64,000 nucleotides of DNA from Ramazzottius varieornatus (GCA_001949185.1 BDGG01000016.1:620001-684000), one strand, 5' to 3'. Counted from the stretch's first letter, positions 29,304 through 43,307 are shown. Numbers and translations: made by a program. Notes: a model not told the origin generated them from the letters alone.

Positions 29304-32300
29304 CTACAGTTGTCTGTCGTCGGACGCAACGCGTGAAGAGGATGTACGTTCAAACGAGGAAGTTGGCGGTCGGGGCGGTGCGAGAGTGAAAGATCCCTCT
29401 AATGCCGGTCGGGATGGATGTGGCCGGGAAGACTCTTCACTCGTGGGTCCAAAGCCTAACCATTGATACTTTTTCCAACGAGAAACATCCGCGGACTTTT
29501 CAAACACTTCCGCTTTCGTCTGAGATTCAGTTACTTCAGGCTGCCGGAGAACTGATGGGACTTCCGAAACTTTCCTTGACGCAGAAAGTAGGCTTACTTT
29601 CTCTTGTCGTTCGATCTACAAAAGATAAAAATGGATGAACCGTATCTATCTCATTTTGGAAAGATAACTGATCTCCCTACATCAATGGTAAGAAGGGACT
29701 TCGTGGTCTTACGTGAGGCATCAGGCCGTTCGGCGCCGTCGAACGTTTCGGCTGAGGTACAACTTGGAACTGAGCTATAGCGTTGGAATGTGCTGAATTT
29801 GTGGACGGTTGTCGGAAATACAGAGATCCATTTCTGCCGAAATACGAACCTTCAATACGGATACGACAGAAAATCATGGAACAGAGTGCCGTTCGTGTCA
29901 AGAACAGTGACAACTCAGTGGTGTACCGTGAATAAGGGTTCGCTGCTGCTGTGGACAGTAGTCGGTACGTCCGAAATGAATAAATTAGTATTGCCAAGAG
30001 AAGAACCACCAGAATGGCGCTGATGGTGTAGAAGTACACTTCGAAGACACCGGATGCCGTATCTGTAAAATACGAAGGAACAGATGTGACGGCCATTCCT
30101 ATACCGAAACTAGAGTATATCTCACGTACCACTTTGTACCCTGATCGTGGTCGGTGTCACGGGCCCAGTCCATTCGCATCGCGGACCTTCGTACCCTTCC
30201 GAGCAACTGCAACAATAATCCATGAGGCAAGCAGAATTCGGACTGCCCTCGCGGTGCGTTCAGCGAGCTACGCACACCGAACATTAATAAGGTTGCGCAA
30301 TTTTGCGGAAACCAGAGCGCAAGCACATATATTCCCAGCACGCGAACGGGTCACATCTGGTTTTCGAAATCATAAATTGCCTTTGTACAGTAGCCGGCCT
30401 AAACTTTTGTGCACTGTACGTGTTTCGATTTCTTTTGTTTCTTACTTTTTCGTCTCCGAACTTCAAGGAAGTATTTCTCCTCTGAAAGACTTAGCATGCT
30501 TTCACATCGTGTACCGTGGTAGCCTAATGGACACCTACGGAAAAGAACTATTTGTTCATGGTCGGTTTCCCACCTCTCTCGAAAATTACCACAAGTTCTA
30601 AAACGGTCCAAGTACGTGTTGGATGTTATACTGTATGGACGTGTTAGGAAACTATTAGTTTGGAAGAGACCAAGGACCACCCAGGTTGGATTGCGCGAAA
30701 AGCGACAGACTTGCATAGTTCCCCAGTATTTAGAGGTCAGAATCGTACTGGCCTCTTTAGAGGCCAGAATTGTTAGTCTCTGATAGGTTCCCCATGCGAG
30801 GACCCTGAGTTAGAAAGAAAAGCTCTGGCATGCGAAGTTGGGACATGTAAAGGCGCGACAGTTCGTTAACGTGTGACAGTACTGTGACAATCAAGCAAGC
30901 GAAGCTGCGGACGTTGGTTGAGCATGCTGGATGAAACAGGCACGAAACAACGAGCTGAACGTAACATATCAACACAGGCAGCACAATGACGAGGTCTTTG
31001 AATAATTCATGGTACGTACTTGCAGGAGCGTGCATTCAGTCGTGGATAAAATTTGCAAATTCCATCGTTGAGGCAAAAGTCGCGTTCCTGGCACGCAATG
31101 CCTTGGAATACCCAGCTATCTGTCACCGCTGTAATAAACGATAAAAAATTGATGAAGAGAATCAATTCACCAGCAAGATATCCATGAGCCGAGGACTTAC
31201 GATTTAAAGTCATAACGGGTGGCGTGACGGTAGGAACTGAAACGTTGACTGTGGCTTCCGATTCGACGCTGCCGAGAACATTGACAGCAACACAACGGTA
31301 AATTCCAGCGTCTCGAAGCGAGGCTTTCCTGACCCGTATGGTGCTACTCCGTTTTCTGTATTGTCCGATAAAACAACCGTGAGGTATGCGACAGGTGATA
31401 ATGGTAACTGATGCCGACAGATACCTTCTGCGAACTGATAAACCTCGTCGTGACGGTGGATGTTCGAGATTGACCCCGTTTTTATACCATAGGATTTTGG
31501 GTGGGGGAAAACCTTTGGCACGACACAGCAGACTCAGTCGCTCGTCCAACTTCACTTCTGTCGACCGCAGTTTGGTGATGGATGGACGTCTCGCTGCAAT
31601 GACAATGAAGTAATTTTCAGTTTGTTTGCCACGAGCAAGCAGTTTGAGGATAAGAGAGCTACGTCGTTCATGGGTGGAGTACTCGTCCAGCACAGGTAAA
31701 ACACTGTACAGTTATTCACCTGGCCGTCACCGGTGTCTAACTTCAGAGTTCCCCGCGATGACTAACAGATTATCTTATCAGACTCCAAACTGATTCTACA
31801 TTGTGCAGCCGAGGCAGCAAAACCATGATCTACAGCTGACCCAACAGTCATAAGATCCCGAGACTTCCAGCCTATGCATCACACTTTCCGCGAAAACGGT
31901 CTGGTCGCATCAAATAATTATTTGCTATGTATGTTTGCGATCCACAGAGCACCGACAGGTCCACAGAGGTTACGAATAATTGCGATGCACGACTCACAAT
32001 CCCAAGCCGCGACCATGATAAAGCAGAAATTTCCCACGCTCAATGACTTGGAACGTAAACAGGAAAAAGTCAAAGCGTAAGACAGGATCTGCTTGTTTTT
32101 CTGACAATTCAACCGTCAGAAACTCGTCACATTCAAGAACTGCGGCGTCGGCAAATGATCTGCGCGGAAAGTAAGCTAACACTGCAGTGACGTCACTCAC
32201 AGGTTGCAGTCTCGGTAGATGTACAACGCCGTACATCTATGTGTGACGTCAGTGTGCCCACTGTCTGCACAATGTTCCAGCTACCGCAAACCTCTCGAGA

Positions 32301-35300
32301 AATGAAATTACTGGCGTTTTCTTTTCAATTCCAACCAAGCTGACTAGCTGGGAGGTACAATACGCCTGCATGATATCAAAAACAGGTCAAAGGTTAATGG
32401 TGAGGTTATTGTAATTTTTGTAAGCAATCAGCCCCTGACATCAAACCTCACGAAGCGATAAGACAATAATGAATTTGAATGGTTGTCTGTTTCCCAGCCG
32501 CTTCCTCCTGTCAGGAGAAGCTCAACCTCAGCGGTGTCGAGTTTCCGGTGTCCGTGTAAAGTATCAGAAGTGCAGGGCGATCGAACAGATAGATGCTCGC
32601 TCCTAATTGACCTGTTCTTGATGAAGCTGTTCGTTCGGAGAGCGAGAAGATGCACAAGAGCCCAGTGTCTGTTTCTCCATTCATTAAATTTACCACACGA
32701 TGGAAAATGCTCCCTGCTGAACCTGACCAGACAGTAGAGATTTCCCAACCGATGGCAGCTATCACAAGAACACTACGTTAGACACGAAGAATAACACGGA
32801 AACTTGTGTTTGCTGACAGAACAATGAAACTCGATCCAATGCTACTTCTGCTATTTCTTTCTGTACGAAAGACCATCTGATATTCCGTGGAACACGAGCC
32901 AAAGCTAGACGCTTCTGACCAAAAGCTTTCTGCCGGTGTTTAGCTTCAGGAAACACAGCTCAGAAAGAAATCACCTGAGTACTTCGAAAATCTGAAGTTT
33001 ACGCATCAACGGGAATAGCACAGACAGCTTCCCGATCGTGGTTTTTCGGTAACATGGGTCACGTACCTTACAATTAATACAATACCACTTCCCTGTGTGC
33101 GACTTACTTTAGGCGACCTTGTGGTTTGATGGAATATTTCTGTCAACACCTTCAGCGGCAACGTAAAGGGCTGTCGCCTGCAGACGTTAGGCTGGCTAGT
33201 GTTCTGGAATTTGTGACAAGGATGTAAACGAGGCTCTGTGTTCGATTGTCTCCTCGATGTTTCCACTCCATTTCTCTTTTCTCTTTGCATATAGTTTAAA
33301 TTCAGACCGGTTGATCTATTTAGCGTTCATGGTTAATGTCCATTCATAAGGCGTTGATGGTGGTCACTGGGCCGCATCAGAAATTTCTGCCTGTCAAACA
33401 CACATTCTCCAGCCAAATCAGCGCCACAAAGTCATTTCTCTGACTCTTTCCTGAAGAATTTTGCTCGCCCAGGCGAACATCAGAATGCAGAGATATCCAA
33501 TCCAGACTCAATAGTTAGTATTCTAAAGACTGATGCTGGCCGTCATTGTGCTGCCAGTTTCCTACGATTTTTCTACAGCTGGCTTGTCAGGTCCGTGCCG
33601 GCACGGCCTGGTTCGATGTTTACAAGAGGTATTCTAGAAAAGTACCATCGACCAAAATACGAGAACAGTACGTCGGGATGAAATTGACTTAAAAACTGAC
33701 CCCAAGTGATGTGTTATGGTCATTAAACATGATCTATCCAGTGTTTGTGGAAAGATGTTAAGAAGAGCTGCCATCTGGCCCGATCTTTCACACATCTTCT
33801 TCAAAATATCTTCATCTGTCCGAGCCGCCATCACGCACAAGCGGGAAGCATGTCCTTCTCGTTGACCAGTCAGTTGACCTACGCAACATCTTGTTTAATG
33901 TTACTGCCCTCATCTTTTCTGTCCAGCTGTCATGATCCTACTTGTTCTATGTGTAAGACGGAGAAAAACAACAGAAATTTGTCAGCTTAGCAAGTCCTGG
34001 CCACAAAATTCGAACACCAAATGACCATATTCCGCTCTTCGCAAAGCGATTAACCCCCGCCTCTGCGAATACCTGAGTCTCAGTCAAGAGGGTTATTCGA
34101 GACCATCATCTCGCTGGTCAAGATAGTCCACAAAAAAAATAAAACCTCCGAGTTCGTAATCTCACAAGAACTATACACTAAAATGTGGAAGCTGGGCAAA
34201 AAATGTACAAGATCTTCACCTCAAGTGGCACACCATTCCAGTCAATAGCAATAAAAAAGTGCGCCAGTTCGAGTGATGATCTTGTACGATCTGTTCGCCC
34301 GACTTCTGGTGACAGAATCAAAGGCAGTTTTTCTGCCTCATCAATCATGAGAAGATGCCTGTCAATTACCCATCTAATTACATCCATTTCTCGCCGGTTA
34401 TCAGGGCGGAAATGAGGTCTATAGATCTCCATGAGGCACGAACCCATTGCGCGAAGTTTTGTAATGACAAGAATTCGATCCCAACCGCCCATGCTCTTAC
34501 TGGTTCAGTGGGAGGACGTGGATTAGTCCTAACGTCGCACACGACAGTGAACAAAAGGAGCCTAATTTGATGGCTGTCGGTGACAGCGTTTGATCACTAT
34601 TTAACCTCTTCTTGATACTCGTTATCACGTAATAAAGCCTTCCTATACACACAAGCAACAACCGTCGATCACTCTCAATGTCTCAGAAGATGCAATCGTC
34701 CTAGGCACTCGGCAAAAAGATCATAAATATGGCGCGTGTCAGCACTGTCGGTAGACAGTAACCTTTGATCGTCTATTCTTCAGAACCATAAAGTCAAATC
34801 GCCACCTTTTCTTGTTGAATCTGAGGTTCAAGTCTGAGCAGTGCCAAAACTATCGGTGGCCCAATCAATAGTCCAAAACGCGAAAAGGCTATGTGGGAAA
34901 AGGAAGTGATTGACCTGTAAGCAGCGGTTGATCTCCTCACGGGAAGCCAATTTCAAAATGGTGTTGAAGAGTCGACGAAAACTCGGTTCCATGGCGGGAA
35001 AGAAAACATATTAGTGTACCCTCTTCGTTCAGGCGAAACATCCATCAACAAAACACTTACACTTGGTTTTCCGAATTTTCTCCTTAAAAATACCTACTAT
35101 ATGCTCGATCTCTCTTCTCATTCCATACTCGCCTTGTTTAGTTTAGTAAGTCCGATTAGCACAGTGGTCAGCCAATCAGTCAGGCGATGGAGGCGGACCT
35201 GAACGCACTGAACCCACCATGCTATGCAAATTCCTGATCGGTGCTTAGCGCGAACAGCCCACTAAGCCCTGTTTAGTAAAAAGTGGTTAGTGGCCTAGTC

Positions 35301-37250
35301 ATGTTCCACCGTGGGCATTGACTACTATGTAGCAGCCATGATGCTACTTGAATCCGTAAACTTTACCTGTCGTCTATTTTACGGCATCTTTTGACTTTTT
35401 CCAACTGGCAAGTTTCGAATCTCTATATCACAGTCCCAGTCTCACTGGAAAATTTCTTTTTGCTTGTTGTCACGATAATTTCATCGACCCGGCCATAGTA
35501 GACAACTCGTGCATGAAACACAGAACCATAGCTGAATAGAAAACCAGCTCGGAATTCGACGCCGCGTTGAACAAAAACATGGCTAGCAGCTTAAAAGCTC
35601 TTTCTTTTCCGATATAGAATATAGCGTCAAGGCTACAGCTGAAACTGCAGTTTCTAACATACTCCAGTCTGTGATTAAAACTACAGTTAAACCTACCGTC
35701 GATGTCAGCTTACTGGACGTGCGCGCAGAGCTACAGTTGACGGTGCCGTTAACTGTGGCTTTGTAAGAGCTGCTCGTCTATACTACTGAAGGTTCAACTG
35801 TAGCGTTGGCTATTTTCTTTATTTGCTATGAACCGTAGCTTTTAACTGTAGCTTTGTTTCCGCAGCCTTTTATTAGTTCGACTTCACACACTCTGACTTT
35901 AACTGTTGCTTTGTGTACAGAGCTTTAACTGCCTCTTCAACTGCTGGTTCGCGACTGCCGTTGTACGTACGTTGTATTACGCTAATCCGAGCCTGGCATA
36001 ACGGGTCGCAACCTCTGCGTAGTTAGTGTAGCTGGTGGGCGGAGTCTGATTACTGTGCTGATTCAAAACAGTAAACTAAACCAGGCAAGTATCAACCTCT
36101 CTATTAACTCTGCTTTGAAGTCGGAAGTCTTGAACCTCAGAATCACGATGAACAGATAAATTCAACGAAGTTAAACGGACGCCTTTAGATTTGCCTATCA
36201 AATCATCATTTTCGGAAAAACATTCTTTTTCTGTCCCTTCTTGGTTTTTGGTTTCAGTGGTTTACTGTGCTGATACGGTTATTCACCGTACACAGTGCGA
36301 TAAGCATCAAAATGCATCTCGCAAACCAACACATGAAACTTTAACCGCCTGGGAAACCCACCTAGACAATCCTTAAAAACAATTCCAGTGAAGAAAAAAG
36401 TGGACGTGATGACAAACGTTCGTAACAGCTTGAGATTCGAACCCGTCTTCCCCAAAAGATAAAATTGGCTCCATTTCATGTGAAGCGTTTCGGTATCCAA
36501 GAGCGGCCTCATTAATCTTCAGTCGCGATGATTTTTGAAAAATACGATGCCATATACTTTCCTAAATTGTCCTCAATTTGCCTCATTGCAAAATTGTACC
36601 AGCTTTCTGTAAACGACGGGAAAATCGATGGTGTCACCGTGCTAGATAATCAAGCGTTCAAGAAAAGGGGACAATGTTCGTGTGCCAGGGTGCTCGAACT
36701 GATTAGGGTTGCACATAGCCAAGTTTTTTCTTACCTTGCTTGAAGACTTTCAGTGCATGTCCAATCGATGCCACATTGGAAATTTCCGGTGCCGCAAAAA
36801 TTCTCCATCCGGTGCGTTCCTCTTCTTCCTCAATCACCACTTCGTTGTCCAGGTCTTCCACCGTACGTTTCAGAGGCACCGGTCTAAGGAACAGTAGATA
36901 CTCCTTCATGAGATCAACACGCGGTATCAGGCACGTCTGTCCTTGTAACGCATTCTGTTCGAGTTTTTCAGCATCGTCCCGAAAGTCCAACTGATCCTCG
37001 TCCATTCCAAAGTTCAAATCAATCTTTGGACTTCTTTCCAGCATCTTCTTGTGCCTTCCCTCTGCTTTGAGTACCCGGTTCACATAAAACGTTGCGTTGA
37101 ATTGAGCAAGGTTTCCTCTGGAGTAGATCACCATGCAAAAGGCTCGGACTACAATGGGCGCTGCGTAGGCCTTGGACGCTACATCATCGTACTTGCTCCA
37201 GCAACACTCTTGGTGGACGGCGCTGGCTTTGTTGGATAATACTGACTCTG
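29304..37250 (-). CDS. vn: Vein/neuregulin-like EGFR ligand: N-terminal vein-type domain, Ig domain, EGF domain, TM and cytoplasmic tail; first exon not identified
   Basis: Exon about 36735-37250 (YAAPIVV...NATFYVNRVLK...CLIPRVDLMKEYLLFL), Ig (LSLLCRAKGFPPPKILWYKNG...DAGIYRCVAVNVLG), EGF CQERDFCLNDGICKF...SCK with C-loop exons at 30446-30534 or 30130-30206, TM ISAILVVLLLAILIYSF near 29975-30025. Both gene ends are approximate. Confidence 0.8.
35625..35945. repeat. Foldback-like array of (G/A)CTACAGTT(A/G)A motifs, forward in the left half and reverse in the right half, in the vein intron
   Basis: CTACAG(C/T)T near 35633, 35681 and 35731; AACTGT(A/G/T)GC near 35751, 35797, 35844 and 35901. 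Confidence 0.5.
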
Positions 37251-39101
37251 AAGAGAATACTGGCGACGAAAAATAGACAAAATAAATTATGGAGTATTTC
37301 AATATCCATTCCCAGTGACATGGCGCACGATGGGCGTTTCCTCCTGTGAATTCCCTCATCGTATTATTCCCAAATGCATTGCTTCACCGACAACGGCTGT
37401 TAGTGGTACCAAAGGACGCCTACTGAGTATTAGAAAGACAGGAGAACCAAAGCTGGACGGTAGGAATCGAAAGAAAATTGGGTGGAATAGATAACGAAGT
37501 GGCGCCCCGGTAATGAAATTTTCAATACCGCATACAACAACGGATGGCTAACGAAGCAGCAACGATGATCAGAGGTGTGCCGGTTTATACGTGTGCCTCT
37601 TTACACTCCCAGTCGATGAGAAATATCCGCATTGGCAACGTTGGCGATTTTTGACAGCACGCGCGTGTCATAAACTGGAGGAAAGCATTGGCTTGATTAG
37701 AATCCCGGTGCTGATGGCGGCTATTGGCTTTAAAAAAAGTTTGACACGTTCGCGATGTGGTCAAGCGTGAAAATGATGCATCACTCCATCTTCCTTCCAT
37801 CGAGCCAAGCAACAGCTTGATCTCTCCACATGGAAATGAAATAATCAAGTGAAGCTGCTGGAGACCGCGTTAACATCTAGATTAATCTGACAGGACAGCT
37901 CCGCAACTGCCCAAGACTCCCTCATTGCAGGCCAAACTGCTCTCAATGTACGCCAGATCAAGATGAAGATGATCAAGAGAAGATTCTGCCAAAAGAAGAT
38001 GCGACACCACAAATCACCGAGATCGTCGCTTGGTCCAAAGCAAGGAAAAAGTCAAACCCCTCTTCAAAGAAAACGCCCTCAGTAGTACTTCCTTGTTGGG
38101 CAGTCCATCGAGAAGTGGAGATCCACTGTACTGTATTTCTCGTCCGGTCTCACTGAATTCTCCGTCCACGTGATAACCAGCGACATTAAGAGCAAGATAG
38201 ACATCGGCCTCATGGACACAGTGTCTAACAAGCCGTGATTCACGAAGTCAAACTTTAACTGGAACACCGATTTAGACCTTGCAGTTCAGAAAGGTGAGAA
38301 TCTGATATGAAAAAGAAGTTTTCAGAACGAAGAGCATCCATACAAGGAAGCTTTAGCATCAGCTATCGTAATCCTATGGGACAATCGGGTAAAGTACATG
38401 TACTAAATAATACCATCAACAGTGCCATTTCACATTTTTCCACGAATTTTCCGTGAGATTAGTTTGGCTGCCATCTGAATTGTGAAGGCTACGTCGAATA
38501 CCCCCTCGACATGGATCGTGTAGCGATTCCCGAAAAAATGGAAGATCCTTCAAGACCGCAGACAGCCTAGTCGATCATGAAGGCAGCTGTCGAAAAAGAC
38601 TGGCAAGCAATGATCGTTTCCGACGACGGCTGGCAGTTCCAGACTTGACACGGTAGCGAGACTCATCATCGTTTTGATTCAAGCTAATTAATCTACTTCG
38701 TAGAGCCACTAATTACACTCTCCTCCTAATCAGATTACAATCTCTACTCCCCCAAATGAGCATCTCACAAGGCCAGCCAGCACAAGGAAGTCATGATGTG
38801 TGGCACAAGTGGAGCTTTACCGACAACAACTTCATCAGCAATAGCCTGTTGCTTCCACAACGTCTCGTATATTAATTTCCTCCGTCACAAAAGCAGACAA
38901 ACTTGTACCAAACTTTTCACAATAAGACATTCCTCAAACAATAGACTACTAAAATGCTAAAACGCAACTTTGTCAAACCCCATGAAAGGTACTGTAACCG
39001 GTATGACAACGAGGAAATAACAGCCAACGATAAAGGTGCAAAACGTTCAACTTTGGGAAATCTACCACCGAAAAATATGTATCACTTTAACTCGATGAAT
39101 T

Positions 39102-41028
39102 TCAAGAGTTAATTTTCAGGTCAAATATTTTCTTAATTTTGTCCATCAAACGCGTCGAAGTCAGAGAGGCTACGGGAAGTAACTCGCTGCTCACTCTGGA
39201 CACGAGCGAAGAAGGTGCCGTGTCGTACCCACGGACTTTGCGAGCTGCCGTGAAGGTGTTCCTCATCAACATGCAGACCGTCATCGGCCCAACCTGATGA
39301 AAAACAACCGTCAGGAGTCAACCGGGAGAACCGGAAACCAATGAAAAGAACTGGTGGGCCGGCAAACATACTCGTGATGATCGTTGTCTCAAGTGGCGCG
39401 CGTCTCCAGCCTATAACATTGGAAATGCGCCATTTGGGATAACGATCATACCCGGAAACTGTTTACCGGCCTTTCAACCCAACTTACTCCTCCAGGAACT
39501 GGCGTAATGTACGCGGCTTTCTCGCTGACACCTAAAACACAGAAATTTCGTGGCTCGATGTTACCTTCGTTCTCTAAAATTGATAAAATTATCCGTATTG
39601 TTGACATTTTGAAGACGCTTCTTACTTTCAAAGTCAACGTCGCCTTTGAGAACGAAGTCATTCTTCTCGGCGTCGAACCTTCGTGTAATACCCACATCGA
39701 CGACGGTGGCGCCCTCTTTGACCATATCACCTGTGATCAGGTTGGGTCTTCCGACTGCCACTATAAGAATATCAGCCATTCTGGTCATAACTTTCAGGGT
39801 TTCGGGCGGCGTGTACCGATGACAGATTGTCGTTGTTGCGTCTCCTGTCGGGTCACAACGGTTAATGATGTGCAGAAACAAGCGAACCTTTGAAGTTTGG
39901 ACAGCGCGAGATTATGCGTGTACGGCGGAATATTCCCAGCCAAAATACGATGGCAAGTACTAACCGTAGCCGTCGGCGTGCATCAGCATGGCGATGGGCA
40001 TTCCCACATTCTTCGAGCGTCCCACGACTACAGCGTTCTTTCCGAAGGTCTGAATGCCTAAAACGCAAACCCAAATCTCTACATCGGCAGCCAGCAGTAT
40101 CCACATAAAGGGAGGTAAATTCTTGTGAGACACCCTATTTCTTTCTTAATCAACATACTCTGTTTTCACGAATCTTCAATATCTCTGCACGTACCACTAC
40201 GCCGTAAAAGCTCCATGATTCCAAGAGCTGTGCACGGGTAAAGACCTTCCTTTCCTTGGCACATGTTTCCCATATTGCTGGAAAAAAGTAAAACCCAGAC
40301 AATGTGAACAATAGATTTCGGGAAATCAATTCTCCCAATACACTGTACAGACTTCGAGGAAAGAAAGGGCCAAAATACAGTACATCGGGCAGAAAAGAGA
40401 TACTGTGCTTACTTCACATGGAAGCCATCGACGTCCTTTTCGGGACTAACAGCATCACTGACGGCTCTTTCCGAGATGTGCGAGGGAAGCGGAAGCTGTA
40501 CGAGGATGCCGTCGGTACTACGGCTGTGGTTTAGGGACTCTATAAGGCTCAGAAGGTCTGGCTGGGAAACAGTGTCCTGGAGATGCATTGTCTCACTCGA
40601 GATTCCTGGAAACCATAAGAACATTATGAGCAGTGAAAATAAAGGTGCCAATCACGCAAATGATACCTGCTTTCTTAGCTGCCCGCATTTTCATCGCGAC
40701 GTATGATTGGCTACCTGCATCATTTCCAACGAGGATGACGCTCAAATGTGGTCGCTTCCGGCCATTCGGCTGCCATGCGTTGATCTCTTCCCGAAGCTCG
40801 GAAATGATCTGCTGGGATATTTTTCTTCCATCCAGAATCTGCGCTTTGCACCTACAAGAAGACACAGCATAGCTTCGTCGTTTTCTGGTGATCGATAAAT
40901 GTCCACATCCTCTACATGCAACCGAGATAGAGATACGAATGGGGTCGATCATCTTCAGAGCAGCTCCAAGTTTTGAAAAAATAATCAAATATCACCTTAA
41001 GGCTGAGCTGGAAAATGCTCGCCCGCAT
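39102..41028 (-). CDS. MTHFD2: Mitochondrial bifunctional methylenetetrahydrofolate dehydrogenase/cyclohydrolase, multi-exon; start approximate
   Basis: [118 protein letters not shown]. Confidence 0.93.
39357..39472. repeat. Same family, last MTHFD2 intron
   Basis: ATGATCGTTGTCTCAAGTGGCGCGC, 23-nt spacer, ATGCGCCATTTGGGATAACGATCAT; outer GGCCGGCAAAC / GTTTACCGGCC. Confidence 0.8.
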
Positions 41029-41807
41029 TCGCAGTCGATTTGTCCATAATTCTTTCCCAAGATCCGTCCAGCAGACACCAATAACTTCCGTGAATGCATC
41101 CTGGAAGCGAAATTTGCAAAACGAGGAGAACTTTCGCGGAAAATCAGTCAGCATATGAGACTGACTTCGAGCTCGAAAGCAGTCAGTTTGTCGCTCCGTG
41201 ACCGAAACAGGTCGTTCAAAGGTAGACCTATAGCATGTGGCTTAGACTCCAAGCGCAAACCGTAACAGTCTGTCTCGCGATTGCGACCGTCAAGACGCCA
41301 AGTATTCGTTGCGCAAGATCGCGAGTACGAGTACGAGTACGTAAACACGCCATTCGCCGCGAACGTGCCCCGATTAATAACTCGGTTGCAAAGTCCGTTA
41401 ACTTACGGTCGTTTTTAAGCCTGCATGTAGCAGTTAGTGGAGTTACTGTAGTTCAAAGAGCAGGACTGCGGGGCATGCAGGTTGTAAGCCTCGCCTTGAT
41501 ATTTGCAACAGAACAATGGTGATAAATTTCATAGGACCCAAAGGAGATCCGGTTGAGACACACGCTCGCGTACTTCGCTGTGACGATTGTGACTTTCCAG
41601 TAATCTACGGAAGAGAAAAAACTCTCGTCCCGAAGCAGTTTCGCGCCAGTTTAGGGAAGACGAGGAAGCAAGGAGCCGTGAAGCGAAGTATTTGAATTTC
41701 GAGAATTCCGACGATGAAACCCAAACAAACGGAGAAAAATAAACAGCTGACCGCTCTCGACTGATTCTGATTGTGATCAGACAGCGATGCAGCGGTGGAC
41801 GGATGTT

Positions 41808-42420
41808 TAGTGCTGGGATAAATACGATAAAATACGATATGATATTTTCTGATGAATATCTTTCAATATTTATATTTCGTTTTAGGTATCAACCACGTAT
41901 CGATATTTCGATATGATACGTTTCTGATATTTTATTGTTGATAAATCGAGTTTTATTGCAGTGATACATCGATGTATCAATCCAGTACCATGTTGAAAAC
42001 TATCGAAATCAAGAAGAGCCAAAGAGGAACCAAACGGCTGTCGTTCACTACGTTTGAGTCAGAGCAAAAGTCAAATGTCTTCGTGTACGCGAGTGTGTTC
42101 GTTGCTCAACTCTATCAAGGTCTGTCGTTACGTACCTAGGTACGCTGACTGTTCACTTCTACGAAGTCAGCTTGGATGCATGTGCGCGATGCATTATGAG
42201 CTTCCTGCGCGGTACCGAACCGGAGTATTGACTTCCGAAATTCCGATTCTCAAGTGCGGGTTTGCGATTTATCGAAATATCAGAAATATATCGATATACC
42301 GCGATATGATATTTTCCTTTATCATATTCCGCTCAGCGATATTCCGTCCATATCGATATTTCGATATGCGATATGATATCTTTCGATAAGATACGATACA
42401 TCATATTTACTTCAGCACTG
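41808..42420. mobile_element. hAT-type MITE related to 28505-28811, with TATCGATA-rich subterminal regions
   Basis: TIR TAGTGCTG / CAGCACTG; 8-bp TSD CGGATGTT / CGGATGAT (7 of 8 match); TATCGATA at 41898, 42289 and 42351. Confidence 0.75.
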
Positions 42421-42444
42421 CGGATGATTTATTCAGCCTAATAT

Positions 42445-43307
42445 TAGTGATGTCGGCATATATGAGTATTGTATTAAATTAGAACTTATTAGATGCTTCT
42501 TGCAACTGACGTATCATATTAAAATTTATTTGATGCCTCGGCCGAGGTGGAATATTTATTAATGTTGAATTAGATGAAGCCAGAGCTAGAGTTATCATAT
42601 TGAAATCAAGCCGCAGGGCTTTCCGTATTAAAGTTATTAAAATGCGGATTTAAATTAACGCTTGATTTGCGTCCGCAACAAGCGTGAAACTGTGCGCAGT
42701 GTGCTGTATGCCAGTAGATCTTACGCATAAAGCACCTGCGCCTGTGTTACACACTCACGAACGTTCGAATGTGGTGAACTGATTGAAGCAACTTATTTGA
42801 TTGGTGAATGCAGGACTGCGGTTTCGGGGACTAACTAGCATACTCGCCATTCACGCTGTAAAAAACGCATTGCAGCTCGATCCCGCTATGCGTTTAGGAT
42901 GACTGTCATCCAACGGATGCCAGAACGGCTTGAAAGAGGGACTTCCCCGAGCACCAGACAGAAGAGACAACAGCCGCTAAAACTGTTATTTTCCGACGGT
43001 TCCTTGGTAGTACTTTTAACTGATAATTCATGACCTTTTTATTGCTGGATATGGATAAGACCATTTTGCTGGTGAAATTGTTAAGGAAGAAAGTTATCTT
43101 TTCACGTTGACATGTGGATCTAAAAATGACTGAAATATTTTAATATATTATAACGAGAAATCAGCGACGCAAGTTGATATGTTAACATCATATTAGATGC
43201 TCTGCGGTCGGGGCATATTGTATTAAGATTATATTAGAACTCTGGCGGCCCGGGCTTATTTAATTAAGATTATATTAGGTCGCGATACACTGATGCCAAC
43301 ATTACTA
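42445..43307. mobile_element. hAT-type non-autonomous element with ATTAG/TATTAA subterminal repeats
   Basis: TIR TAGTGATGTCGGCAT / ATGCCAACATTACTA; perfect 8-bp TSD CCTAATAT (42437-44, 43308-15). Confidence 0.85.

Noticed and set aside
37308-37335. ACATGGCGCAC single arm in a vein intron
   Set aside because: There is no partner arm at the expected distance, so it was not counted in the family.
41322-41343. CGAGTA x3 microrepeat near the MTHFD2 5' end
   Set aside because: Too short to assign a function.
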